A stretch of 64,000 bases of DNA, taken from assembly GCA_963785765.1 (NCBI GenBank), contig CAWAWM010000009.1, positions 46,281 to 110,280 on the forward strand, in the 5' to 3' direction. Source of the stretch: an uncultured Actinomycetes bacterium. Its GTDB lineage: Bacteria; Actinomycetota; Actinomycetes; Streptosporangiales; Streptosporangiaceae. Position numbers and translations under genes: made by a program. The notes beneath the pieces are model-generated. The model searched no databases. It had not been told where the DNA came from and saw only the letters and a list, made by a program, of their open reading frames with translations. The first letter of the stretch is position 1. Each line of letters starts with the position of its first letter. Below, piece by piece: positions 28,572 to 37,554 of the stretch.

Positions 28572-28608
28572 GACAGAACCGTAGCGAGGGCGGCGTCCCC
28601 GAGGGCAT

Positions 28609-29970
28609 TCAGAGCACGTTCAGGTAGCGGTCCAGCTCGAACTCGGTGACCTGGCGCCGGTAGTCCAGCCATTCCTCGCGCTTGTTGCGCAGGAAGAAGT
28701 CGAAGACATGCTCGCCGAGCGTCTCCGCGACCAGTTCACTGCGCTGCATAACGTTGCACGCGTCCGACAGGTTCTGCGGCAGCGGGTCAATGCCGAGCGC
28801 CCGGCGCTCGGAATCGGTCAGCGCCCAGACGTCGTCCTCGGCACCGGGCGGCAGCTCGTAGTCGGCCTCGATGCCCTGCAGGCCGGCCGACAGGATCACC
28901 GCGAACGCCAGGTAGGGATTGCAGGCCGGGTCGATGGACCGGAATTCGATCCTGGTCGCATTGCCCTTCTGCGGCTTGTACATCGGCACCCTGATCAGGG
29001 CCGACCGGTTGTTGTGGCCCCAGCAGACGTAGGCCGGCGCCTCTCCCCCGGCGCCCGCGATCCGCTCGGTCCCGCCCCACAGCCGCTTGTAGGAGTTCAC
29101 CCACTGGTTGCACACCGCGGTGATCTCGGCCGCGTGCCGCAGCAGCCCGGCGATGAACGCCCGGCCCAGCTTGGAAAGCTGGAACTCCCCGCCTGGCTCG
29201 TGGAACACGTTCCGGTCGCCCTCGAACAGCGACATGTGGGTGTGCATGCCCGAGCCAGGGAACTCGGTGAACGGCTTGGGCATGAAGGTCGCGTAGACGC
29301 CCTGGTCCAGCGCCACTTCCTTCATGGCCAGCCGGAAGGACATGATGTTGTCCGCCGTGCTCAGCGCGTCGGCGTAGCGCAGGTCGATCTCCTGCTGCCC
29401 GGGTGCGCCCTCATGGTGGCTGAACTCGACCGAGATGCCCATCTGCTCGCACATCACGATCGCGTTGCGCCGAAAGTCGTGCGCGATGGTATGCGGGGTG
29501 TGGTCGAAGTAGCCGCCCGTGTCGATCGGCTGCGGCTTGGCCCCCGGCTCCGGCTTCTGTTTGAGCAGGAAGAACTCGATCTCGGGGTGAGTGTAGAAGC
29601 TGAAGCCGAGCGCCGAGGCCCGGGCCAGGGCGCGCTTGAGCACGTGCCGCGGATCGGCGTACGACGGCGTTCCGTCGGGCATCAGGATGTCGCAGAACAT
29701 CCGCCCGACCCCGGCCGCGTCGCCGCGCAACGGCATCACCTGGAAGGTCGACGGGTCCGGCTTGGCGATCATGTCCGCCTCATAGACCCGCGCAAAACCC
29801 TCGATAGCGGACCCGTCGAACCCGATGCCCTCGGCGAATGCGCCCTCCAGCTCGGCCGGAGCGACGGCGACTGACTTGAGATAGCCGAGCACATCGGTGA
29901 ACCACAGCCGGACAAAACGGATGTCACGCTCCTCGAGCGTGCGCAGCACGAACTCTTCCTGCCTGTCCAC
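28609..29970 (-). CDS. glnA2: Glutamine synthetase-family protein GlnA2
   Basis: The ORF opens at 30060. GTG 29970 gives VDRQEEFVLRTLEERDIRFVRLWFTDVLG, colinear with the mycobacterial GlnA2 N-terminus as I recall it. Confidence 0.9.
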   Translation of the reverse strand: MDRQEEFVLRTLEERDIRFVRLWFTDVLGYLKSVAVAPAELEGAFAEGIGFDGSAIEGFARVYEADMIAKPDPSTFQVMPLRGDAAGVGRMFCDILMPDGTPSYADPRHVLKRALARASALGFSFYTHPEIEFFLLKQKPEPGAKPQPIDTGGYFDHTPHTIAHDFRRNAIVMCEQMGISVEFSHHEGAPGQQEIDLRYADALSTADNIMSFRLAMKEVALDQGVYATFMPKPFTEFPGSGMHTHMSLFEGDRNVFHEPGGEFQLSKLGRAFIAGLLRHAAEITAVCNQWVNSYKRLWGGTERIAGAGGEAPAYVCWGHNNRSALIRVPMYKPQKGNATRIEFRSIDPACNPYLAFAVILSAGLQGIEADYELPPGAEDDVWALTDSERRALGIDPLPQNLSDACNVMQRSELVAETLGEHVFDFFLRNKREEWLDYRRQVTEFELDRYLNVL

Positions 29971-29992
29971 CCCGACATTCTGCCCGCCCCGT

Positions 29993-30030
29993 GTTTCCGG
30001 CACGTTACGCGGCCCATGCTTGATCGTTAA
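29993..30030 (-). promoter_or_regulatory. Candidate GlnR box: TTAAC-gatcaa-GCATG-ggccgc-GTAAC-gtgccg-GAAAC (minus strand)
   Basis: One perfect a-n6-b pair (GTAAC-n6-GAAAC) and a TTAAC a-site identical to the glnA site; the first b-site is weak. Lies in the 80-nt glnA2/nadE divergent gap, only 22 nt from the glnA2 start. Confidence 0.35.
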
Positions 30031-30050
30031 CGGGCCCCTAAGCTGGACAC

Positions 30051-31922
30051 GTGCCCACATTGCGGATCGCGCTCGCCCAGGTGAATGCCACCGTCGGAGA
30101 TCTGGCCGGCAACGCTGAGCAGATCGTGAACTGGACCAGGCGCGCCGCCGATCAGGGCGCCAGCCTGGTGGTGTTCCCCGAGATGATGCTGACCGGCTAC
30201 CCGGTCGAGGACCTGGCCCTGCGCTCCTCGTTCGTCGAGGCCTCGGTCACCACCCTGCATGAGACGGCCGGCTGGCTGGCCGCCGAGGGCCTGGGCGGGA
30301 TCGCCGTCGTGACCGGTTACCTGGACCGGCGGACCGGGCTGCAGCCGCGGCTGGGCCTGCCCGCCGGGGCGCCGCTGGACGCCGCGGCGCTGCTGCACGG
30401 CGGCCTGGTCGCCGTCACCTCGGCCAAGCATCACCTGCCCAACTACGGGGTCTTCGACGAGTACCGGATCTTCGTCCCCGGAGACAGCGTGCCGGTCTTC
30501 CGGCTGCCGCTGGCCGGCCAGGACCCGGTCGATGTGGCCATCGCGATCTGCGAGGACCTCTGGCAGGACGGCGGCCCGGTCACGGTGACCCGCGAGGCGG
30601 GGGCGGGGCTGCTGGTGGTACCCAACGCATCCCCCTACGAACGGGGCAAGGATGACACCAGGTTCGAGCTCTGCCAGCGGCGGGCCACTGAGGCAGGCGC
30701 CACGCTCGCCTACGTGAACATGGTGGGCGGCCAGGACGAGCTGGTCTTCGACGGCGATTCGATCATCGTCGGCGCGTCCGGTGCGCTGCTGGCCCGCGGC
30801 CCGCAGTTTGCCGAGGCGCTCATCGTTACCGACCTCGAGGTGCCCGCCGCCGACCCCGCGGTACCAGGCGCCGGCGCGGCTCCCGTCGATGCGCAGGATG
30901 GCACCGTGATCACGCTGCAGCGCCTGACGCTGCCGCCCCTCCCGGTTCCCGCCCCGATCTCCGCAGCCGCACCGAACTCCGCAGCCGCACCGAGCTCCGC
31001 GGCCGCACCGCCTTCCCCCGCCCGGTCAGACACCGAGCCGGGGCTGGTCTGGCCGCGGCTGTCCGAGCTCGCCGAGGTGTACGCGGCGCTGGTCACCGGC
31101 GTCCGGGACTACGTGCGCAAGAACGGCTTCAGCTCGGTCATCCTCGGCCTGTCCGGCGGCATCGACTCGGCGCTGACCGCGACCATCGCCACCGACGCGA
31201 TCGGCCCCGATCGGGTCCACGTGGTGCTCATGCCGAGCCGCTACTCATCCGAGCACTCGATCGGCGACGCGGAGGACCTGGTCAAGCGCCAGGGCCTGCA
31301 CGCCAGGACGGTGCCGATCGGGCCCATGGTCGAGGCGTACGACGCCGAACTTGACCTGCACGGCCTGGCCGAGGAGAACCTGCAGTCCAGGATCCGCGGC
31401 GTGATCCTGATGGGGCTGTCCAACGCCGCTGGCCACCTGGTGCTGACCACCGGCAACAAAAGCGAGCTGGCCACCGGCTACTCGACGCTCTACGGCGATT
31501 CGGCCGGCGGGTACGGCCCGATCAAGGACGTCACCAAGACCCTGGTCTGGGAGCTGGCCCGGTGGCGGAACCAGCAAGCCGCCGAGCGCGGCGAGGTGCC
31601 CCCGATCCCGGAGAACTCGATCACCAAGCCGCCCAGCGCCGAGCTCGCTCCCGGCCAGCTGGACAGCGACTCGCTACCCGACTACGCGGTCCTCGACGCG
31701 CTGCTCGACGACTACGTCGAGAAGGACCTGGGCGCCGCCGCCCTGGTCGCCGCCGGCCACGACCCGGTCCTGGTCGAGCGGGTGATCCAGCTGGTGGACC
31801 GGGCCGAGTACAAGCGGCGCCAGTACCCGCCCGGCCCGAAGATCAGCGCCAAGAACTTCGGCCGGGACCGCCGCCTGCCTATCACCAGCCGCTGGCGCGA
31901 GCCGCTCCGCACGGCCGACTGA
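30051..31922 (+). CDS. nadE: Glutamine-dependent NAD(+) synthetase
   Basis: 623 aa. N-terminal C-N hydrolase domain (VVFPEMMLTGY, CEDLW). C-terminal synthetase domain (LGLSGGIDSAL, GNKSELATGYSTLYGD). An Ala/Ser/Pro repeat lies between the domains. Confidence 0.9.
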   Translation: MPTLRIALAQVNATVGDLAGNAEQIVNWTRRAADQGASLVVFPEMMLTGYPVEDLALRSSFVEASVTTLHETAGWLAAEGLGGIAVVTGYLDRRTGLQPRLGLPAGAPLDAAALLHGGLVAVTSAKHHLPNYGVFDEYRIFVPGDSVPVFRLPLAGQDPVDVAIAICEDLWQDGGPVTVTREAGAGLLVVPNASPYERGKDDTRFELCQRRATEAGATLAYVNMVGGQDELVFDGDSIIVGASGALLARGPQFAEALIVTDLEVPAADPAVPGAGAAPVDAQDGTVITLQRLTLPPLPVPAPISAAAPNSAAAPSSAAAPPSPARSDTEPGLVWPRLSELAEVYAALVTGVRDYVRKNGFSSVILGLSGGIDSALTATIATDAIGPDRVHVVLMPSRYSSEHSIGDAEDLVKRQGLHARTVPIGPMVEAYDAELDLHGLAEENLQSRIRGVILMGLSNAAGHLVLTTGNKSELATGYSTLYGDSAGGYGPIKDVTKTLVWELARWRNQQAAERGEVPPIPENSITKPPSAELAPGQLDSDSLPDYAVLDALLDDYVEKDLGAAALVAAGHDPVLVERVIQLVDRAEYKRRQYPPGPKISAKNFGRDRRLPITSRWREPLRTAD

Positions 31923-32022
31923 GCCCGGCCCGCCAGTTGAGCCCGGCCTACCAGCAACAGCCCGGCCCGCCAGCTGAGCCCGGCCCCGCCTGCTGAGCCC
32001 GGCCCCGCCAGTTGGGCCGGCC
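31920..32022 (+). repeat. Tandem ~19-nt units TGAGCCCGGCCC(C)GCC(A/T)G(T/C) beginning with the nadE stop codon
   Basis: TGAGCCCGGCC occurs at 31920, 31938, 31975 and 31994, with a degenerate TGGGCCGGCC at 32013. C-rich on the nadE sense strand. Confidence 0.8.
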
Positions 32023-32054
32023 TGAAATCCAATGGAGGCGATGGCCGCGATTCG

Positions 32055-33044
32055 TCAACTGGCGGGCTGGGCACCGGCCTGGCGGATCGCCGCGGTCTTG
32101 GCCAGCGCCAGGGCGGTGGGCAGGTCCGGACAGCTGGCGGTGCCCCCGGCGCCCTGGGTGGACGCCGCGCCTGTCGCACAGCCCAGGGCCGTGGCCTGGG
32201 CCAGGTCCAGCCCGCGCAGCAGCCCCGCAATCAGCCCGGCATTGAAGCAGTCGCCGGCGCCGGTGGTGTCGACGGGCCGCACCTCGGGGAGCGCGACGTG
32301 ACGCGGGCGGCCGCCGTCCACGCACAACGCGCCGCGCGCGCCCAGCTTGACGACCAGCCTCGGCCCGGCGGCGGCCAGGACCGCCGTCGCGGCCGCCAGC
32401 GTCGCCTGGCCGCTGAGCCGCAGCACCTCCGCCTCGTTGGGCAGCAACAGGTCGGTCACGGCCAGCGCCGCGCGCAGCCGGTCGTCGCCCCATTGACCTG
32501 ACGGGTCCCAGTTGGTGTCGAGGGAGGTGCCGACGCCTGCCGCTCGCGCGGCCGCGAACAGCGCGGCCAGCCCGGGCCCGAGCGACCGCTCCAGCAGGAA
32601 GTACGAGCTGACGTGCAGATGCCTGGACCTCGCCAGCAGCGCGCCCGGCACATCCTGAACGGTCAGCGTGGTGATGGCACCGGTGGCGGTGAGAATCGCG
32701 CGGTCGGCCCCCTCGGACAGCGCCACCGTCATGCCGGTCGGGACAGCGGGGCGCACGGCCACGGCCGTGACGTTCACGCCCTCCGCCGCCACCTGACCGA
32801 GCATCAGCCGGCCGACCGGGTCGTCGCCCACGGCGGCCACCAGGGCCACCCGCAGCCCGAGCCTGGCCGCGGCCACCGCGGTGATCGCGGCCGACCCGCC
32901 GATCACCAGCGACATGCTGGCCACGATCTTCTCTTGCTGGCCGAACCGCGGCCTGACATCGTCGCCGAGCACGAGCACGTCCGGGTTGCAGTCGCCGACC
33001 ACGAGCAGGTCGGTGTCCCGGACGGGGTCGGCGGGATCGGTCAC
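32055..33044 (-). CDS. PfkB-family sugar kinase (substrate unknown; proposed aminosugar kinase)
   Basis: 329 aa. Motifs GGSAAITA and DTTGAGDCFNAG. GTGA overlap with the DeoR gene. Confidence 0.8.
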   Translation of the reverse strand: MTDPADPVRDTDLLVVGDCNPDVLVLGDDVRPRFGQQEKIVASMSLVIGGSAAITAVAAARLGLRVALVAAVGDDPVGRLMLGQVAAEGVNVTAVAVRPAVPTGMTVALSEGADRAILTATGAITTLTVQDVPGALLARSRHLHVSSYFLLERSLGPGLAALFAAARAAGVGTSLDTNWDPSGQWGDDRLRAALAVTDLLLPNEAEVLRLSGQATLAAATAVLAAAGPRLVVKLGARGALCVDGGRPRHVALPEVRPVDTTGAGDCFNAGLIAGLLRGLDLAQATALGCATGAASTQGAGGTASCPDLPTALALAKTAAIRQAGAQPAS

Positions 33045-33826
33045 GCCGTGATGACCTGAACGCCGGACTCGGTGAACATGGCCGCGTCGTCGGCGCTGAT
33101 CCCGGTGTCGGTGACCAGCACGTCCAGCTCCGCGATGGCGCAGATCCTGGCGAACGCGCGACGGCCCACCTTGGAGCTGTCGGCCGCCACCGCGACCAGG
33201 TCGGCCCGGTCGGCCATCAGCCGGTTGATGCTGGCCTCGCCCTCGTGATGAGCGGTGGCCCCGGCCGCCGCGTCGATCCCGTCGACGCCCAGGATCGCGA
33301 TGTCGAGCGTGACCTGCTCCAGCACGCCGGTGGCCAGCGGGCCGATCATCTCGTAGGACTGCGGCCTGGCCACGCCGCCGGTCACCACGATCTTGATGTG
33401 CTGGCGGACCGCCAGCTCGGTGGCGATGTTGAGCGCGTTGGTGACCACCGTGACGGCGGGCGACGCGGCCCCGGCGGTCAGGTCGGCCCGCATGGCCAGC
33501 GCCCTGGCCACCTCGGTGGTTGTGGTGCCGCCGTTGAGCCCGGCGACCTGGCCTGGCCGGATCAGTCCGGCGGCGGCGGCGCCGATGCGGTGCTTCTCCG
33601 AGGGATGCCGCTCGCTCTTGTACCGCAGCGGCAGGTCATAGTTGATCCCCTGCGCGACGGCACCGCCCCTGATCCTGGTGAGCATCTGCTGGCTGGCGAG
33701 CTCATCGAAGTCGCGCCGCACCGTCGCCGCCGAGACGCCGAGCGCCTTCGCGGCCCGTTCCACCTGCAGCTGACCGTCGGCGGCGAGCAGCTCGAGCAGC
33801 TCATTCCAGCGGCGATACTTGCTCAC
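33041..33826 (-). CDS. DeoR-family transcriptional regulator
   Basis: 261 aa. N-terminal HTH (VERAAKALGVSAATVRRDFDEL) and a DeoR C-terminal sensor domain. GTGA overlap with the aldolase gene. Confidence 0.85.
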   Translation of the reverse strand: MSKYRRWNELLELLAADGQLQVERAAKALGVSAATVRRDFDELASQQMLTRIRGGAVAQGINYDLPLRYKSERHPSEKHRIGAAAAGLIRPGQVAGLNGGTTTTEVARALAMRADLTAGAASPAVTVVTNALNIATELAVRQHIKIVVTGGVARPQSYEMIGPLATGVLEQVTLDIAILGVDGIDAAAGATAHHEGEASINRLMADRADLVAVAADSSKVGRRAFARICAIAELDVLVTDTGISADDAAMFTESGVQVITA

Positions 33827-34686
33827 CTGGGACTGCCCTCCCGGCCGCCCACTGCGCCGAGCACGGCGAGCAGCCGCCGCACCTCCGCCGCGATGGCGTC
33901 CCGGCCCGCCGCGCAGTACCGCCGCGGGTCGACGAGCGCCTGGTCGGCCGCCAGCAGCGCGCGGATCGCCGCTGTGTACACCTTGTTCAGCTGGGTGGCA
34001 ATGTTGATCTTCGTCATGCCGGCGGCGATCGCGGCCGCCAGGGCCTGGTCCGGGACGCCTGACGAACCATGCAGCACGAGCGGGACCGGGACGGCCGCGT
34101 GAATCGCGGCGATCAGCTCCAGGTCAAGAACGGCATCCCGGGTGAGCATCGCGTGCGAGCTGCCCACCGCCACGGCCAGGGCATCCACTCCGGTCGCGGC
34201 GGCGAAGGCAGCTGCCTCGTCCGGCCGGGTCCTGGTCACCGGGTCGTGCGCGCCGTTCTTACCGCCGATCTCGCCGATCTCGGCCTCGACCCAGATCCCG
34301 CGCTCGTGACACCAGCTGGCCATCCCCGCCGTGGCCTGGACATTCGCCGCGTACGGCAGCGTCGACGCGTCGAACATGACCGACCCGAAACCCAGCTCCG
34401 CGGCCTCCTGCACCAGGTCCGCGCTGGTCGCGTGATCCAGGTGCACCACGACGGGCACGTCCGCCGAGCGCGCGATCGCGAGCGCCGCCGCACCGACCGG
34501 CCCCAGCGCCCCGTGGTAGGCGACGCAGTTCTCACTGATCGCCAGCACGACCGGCGCGCCCGCCGCCTCGGCACCGCTGACGATCGCTTCGGCGTGCTCG
34601 ATGCCGATGAGATTGAACGCGCCGACCCCGCGGCCCGCCGCGGGGCCGGCCTGGACCACGATGGCGGCCATCCCGACGGCCGGCAT
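33823..34686 (-). CDS. Class II ketose-1,6-bisphosphate aldolase (tagatose/fructose-bisphosphate aldolase family)
   Basis: The ORF opens at 34920. ATG 34686 overlaps the stop of the kinase gene (TGATG). Motifs VVVHLDHA, EIGEIGGK, GSSHAM, LVLHGSSG. Confidence 0.85.
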   Translation of the reverse strand: MPAVGMAAIVVQAGPAAGRGVGAFNLIGIEHAEAIVSGAEAAGAPVVLAISENCVAYHGALGPVGAAALAIARSADVPVVVHLDHATSADLVQEAAELGFGSVMFDASTLPYAANVQATAGMASWCHERGIWVEAEIGEIGGKNGAHDPVTRTRPDEAAAFAAATGVDALAVAVGSSHAMLTRDAVLDLELIAAIHAAVPVPLVLHGSSGVPDQALAAAIAAGMTKINIATQLNKVYTAAIRALLAADQALVDPRRYCAAGRDAIAAEVRRLLAVLGAVGGREGSPR

Positions 34687-35639
34687 CAGCCCGCCTCGCC
34701 AGGGGCGATCCGGACGCCGCTGAGCAGCTCGTGGTAGTCGGCGTGCTGGAACTCGCCAGCGACGGGCGCGGCCGCCGCGGCGGTCCCGAGCGCCACCGCG
34801 TGCCGCAGCCGCTCCCGCCAGCAACGGCCGAGTACCAGCCCGTGCGCCAGCCCGGCCACCACGGCATCCCCGGCGCCGGTCGGGTTGCCCGGCGTCTGGT
34901 CCGGCGGCGCGGCATGCCACAGCCCGTCGCCGGTGACCGCGAGCAGCCCGTCGGCGCCGAGCGACACCACGACCGACTGTGCGCCCGCGGCCATCAGCTC
35001 GCGGGCCGCGCCGATCACCGCCGCGCGGTCGAAGCCCGCCGGGGTCGACAGCGGCCGGCCCATGCTGCGCTCCAGCTCGGCCAGGTTCGGCTTGACGATC
35101 GCCGGGCCGCCAGGCGCGCCGCGCAGCAGCGCCTGGCCCTCGGCGTCCAGCACGGCCGGCACCGACGCCGTGGCCGCCATGGCGGTCAGCTCGGCGTAGC
35201 TGTCCGCGGGGACCCCGGGCGGCAGGCTCCCGGACAGCACCACCGCCGCGCAGCCGGGCAGCGCGTCCGCGTACCTGGCGCGGAACCGCTGGTACTCACC
35301 CGCCGACACCCGCGGCCCGGGCTCGTTGAACAGCGCGGTCCTGCGGCGCTGATCGTCGACGACGGCGAACGTTCGCCTGGTCTCCCCGGCGATGTCGGTG
35401 AACGCAGCGGGCACCCCCGCCTTGCTCAGCCCGGACCGCACCGCAGCCCCGGTCAGCCCGCCCGCCAGTCCGACGGCCAGCACGTCGGCGCCCAGCGCGT
35501 GCAAGGTACGCGCCACATTGACGCCCTTGCCGCCCGGCCGGGCCGCCGCCGCGGTCGGCCGGTTGACCCCGGACCAGTCGACCCGGGGGACGTGGTGGGT
35601 CACGTCCAGGGCCGGGTTGAGGGTGACGACCAGTATCAC
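34686..35639 (-). CDS. 1-phosphofructokinase-family hexose-phosphate kinase (tagatose-6-P kinase / 1-PFK type)
   Basis: 317 aa. MILVVTLNPALDVTH ... GGKGVNVARTL ... PTGAGDAVVAG. Confidence 0.8.
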   Translation of the reverse strand: MILVVTLNPALDVTHHVPRVDWSGVNRPTAAAARPGGKGVNVARTLHALGADVLAVGLAGGLTGAAVRSGLSKAGVPAAFTDIAGETRRTFAVVDDQRRRTALFNEPGPRVSAGEYQRFRARYADALPGCAAVVLSGSLPPGVPADSYAELTAMAATASVPAVLDAEGQALLRGAPGGPAIVKPNLAELERSMGRPLSTPAGFDRAAVIGAARELMAAGAQSVVVSLGADGLLAVTGDGLWHAAPPDQTPGNPTGAGDAVVAGLAHGLVLGRCWRERLRHAVALGTAAAAAPVAGEFQHADYHELLSGVRIAPGEAG

Positions 35640-35645
35640 GGCTGC

Positions 35646-36578
35646 TCAGCCCGGTTTGGCTGGGGTGAGGATGACCGAGCGGCTCAGGTTCCTGGGCCGG
35701 TCGGGGTCCAGGTCACGGTCCCGCGCGGCGGCCGCCGCGAGCCGGTGGACCAGGACCAGCTCGGCCATCGGGTCGCCGGCAGCCTGCCTCGCGACGCCGC
35801 CCGCGGCGGCGATCTCGTCGGTGAGCCCGGCCGGGGCCTGCCCGAGCAGCCATACGACACTGCCAGGCCTGGTCACCGCGATCGGCCCGTGCCGGAACTC
35901 CATCGCCGGGTAGGCCTCGGTCCACAGGCCCGCGGCCTCTTTGAGCTTGAGCGCGGCCTCGCTGGCCAGCCCGCACGTCCAGCCGGTGCCCAGGAAGGTG
36001 AACTGGCCGGCGCCGGTCAGCGTGGCGGGCAACGGGACATCCAGCATGCGCCGGGCCGCCGCCGCAGCCGGGCCGATGTCCTCTCCGAGGTGCGCGCGCA
36101 GCAGGGCCAGCTCGGAGGTGGCGAACCTGGTCTGCACCACGGACTGCTCGTCGGCGAACTCCAGCGCGATCACCGCGCCCGCCGCCGTCGCGACCGGACT
36201 GTCCGCCGCGGCGGTGATGGCCACCGTCGCCGTGGACCCGTCCACCCGGGCCAGCAAATCCAGGATCTCGGTGGTCGTCCCCGACCTGGACAAGATGACC
36301 ACCCGGTCATAGCGCCGGCCGGCGGGCATCTCGGAGGCGGCGAACGCGTCGGTCTCGCCCTGCCCGGACGCCTCGCGCAGCGCCGCATACGACTGCGCGA
36401 TGAACCAGGACGTCCCGCAGCCCGCCACCGCGACCCGCTCACCCGGCGCCGGCAGCATGGCAGCCACGTCCGCGGCCAGCCCGGCCGCCCGCAGCCAGCA
36501 GTCCGGCTGGGACGCGATCTCCGCGTCGATACTGCCGGTCCCGGCAGCCCTGTTACTCTCCCCGCTCACCCTGCGCAC
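35646..36578 (-). CDS. SIS-domain sugar-phosphate isomerase/deaminase (AgaS/FrlB-like)
   Basis: 310 aa. EIASQPDCW ... VAVAGCGTSWFIAQ, with a second SIS-like half. Shorter than E. coli AgaS. Confidence 0.7.
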   Translation of the reverse strand: MRRVSGESNRAAGTGSIDAEIASQPDCWLRAAGLAADVAAMLPAPGERVAVAGCGTSWFIAQSYAALREASGQGETDAFAASEMPAGRRYDRVVILSRSGTTTEILDLLARVDGSTATVAITAAADSPVATAAGAVIALEFADEQSVVQTRFATSELALLRAHLGEDIGPAAAAARRMLDVPLPATLTGAGQFTFLGTGWTCGLASEAALKLKEAAGLWTEAYPAMEFRHGPIAVTRPGSVVWLLGQAPAGLTDEIAAAGGVARQAAGDPMAELVLVHRLAAAAARDRDLDPDRPRNLSRSVILTPAKPG

Positions 36579-36642
36579 CTCAACTCTCCAGGTTCCTTAC
36601 TGATAGGGATCACTGGCCCGCGGACCACCGGCGGCTGCGCTG

Positions 36643-37554
36643 TCATGTGCCGGTGAGCCCGGTACTGGCGACTGACCTGACGAAGTACCGTTGCGCCGCG
36701 AAGAAGATCGCCAGCATCGGCACCAGGCTCATGACGTTGCCGGCCATCAGCAGCGTCCACTCAGTCGAATGCGCGCTCTGGAAGGTGGCCAGCCCGAGCG
36801 GCAAGGTCATCTGGTTGGTCGAGTCGATCACGATGAGCGGCCAGAGGAAGTTGTTCCACGAGTCGAGGAAGGTCAGCGCGGCCAGCGTGGCCAGGGCCGG
36901 CGCCGACAGCGGCAGCACGATGCGCCACAGGACGGTCAGCCTGCTCGCCCCGTCCACCCGCGCCGACTCCTCATACTCGATCGGCAGGGTCCGGAAGAAC
37001 TGACGCAGGAAGAAGATCCCGAAGGCGGTCGCCGCGTTGGGCAGGATGAGCGCGCCGATGTGATTGACGCCCACCGCTTCCAGCACATTGGTCCCGAGCC
37101 ATTTGGTGATGATGAACTGCGGGATCATCGTCACCTGGAAGGGCACCATCAAGGTGGCCATGATCACGGCGAACAGGACCCCGCGGCCCAGGAACCTGAA
37201 GCGCGCGAATCCGTAGCCGGCCAGCGCGCACAGCACCAGGTTGCACAGCACGGTGACCACGGCCACCACCGAGCTGTTGATGAAGAACCGCCCGAACGGA
37301 GCTGCCTTGAGCGCGTCCGAGTAATTAGCCGGCCTGAGCACGTGCGGGGTGAGAATCGGCGGGAAGTGCAGCGCCTCGGCCGGGGTCTCCAGGGACGTCA
37401 CGATCAGCCACACGAACGGCAGGATCAGCACCAGGCAGGCGGGCAGCAGCACCAGGTGCCAGGGGCTGAACGGCAGGCGGCGCCTGCGGCGGCCGGGCGC
37501 CAGGCGGGGCCCCTGGGCGGCGGCCTGGGTGGTCACGCTCACCGACGCGCTCAT
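36643..37554 (-). CDS. Carbohydrate ABC transporter permease (MalG-like)
   Basis: 303 aa, six TM helices, EAA-like loop (ESARVDGASRLTVLWRIVLP). ATGA overlap with the upstream permease. Confidence 0.9.
   Translation of the reverse strand: MSASVSVTTQAAAQGPRLAPGRRRRRLPFSPWHLVLLPACLVLILPFVWLIVTSLETPAEALHFPPILTPHVLRPANYSDALKAAPFGRFFINSSVVAVVTVLCNLVLCALAGYGFARFRFLGRGVLFAVIMATLMVPFQVTMIPQFIITKWLGTNVLEAVGVNHIGALILPNAATAFGIFFLRQFFRTLPIEYEESARVDGASRLTVLWRIVLPLSAPALATLAALTFLDSWNNFLWPLIVIDSTNQMTLPLGLATFQSAHSTEWTLLMAGNVMSLVPMLAIFFAAQRYFVRSVASTGLTGT

Noticed and set aside
25602-28649. 1015-aa plus-strand ORF
   Set aside because: It lies antisense to glnE, whose two nucleotidyltransferase modules are unmistakable. 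The translation is Arg/Gly/Pro/Gln-rich low-complexity junk.
34731-36656. 641-aa plus-strand ORF. The same applies to 40846-42999 (minus), 52136-53905 (plus), 14251-15852 (minus) and 58562-59233 (minus).
   Set aside because: All lie antisense to genes with strong family motifs (kinase/SIS, GH4/GH114, MMPL, lipA, lipid kinase) and have Arg/Pro/Gly-dominated translations.
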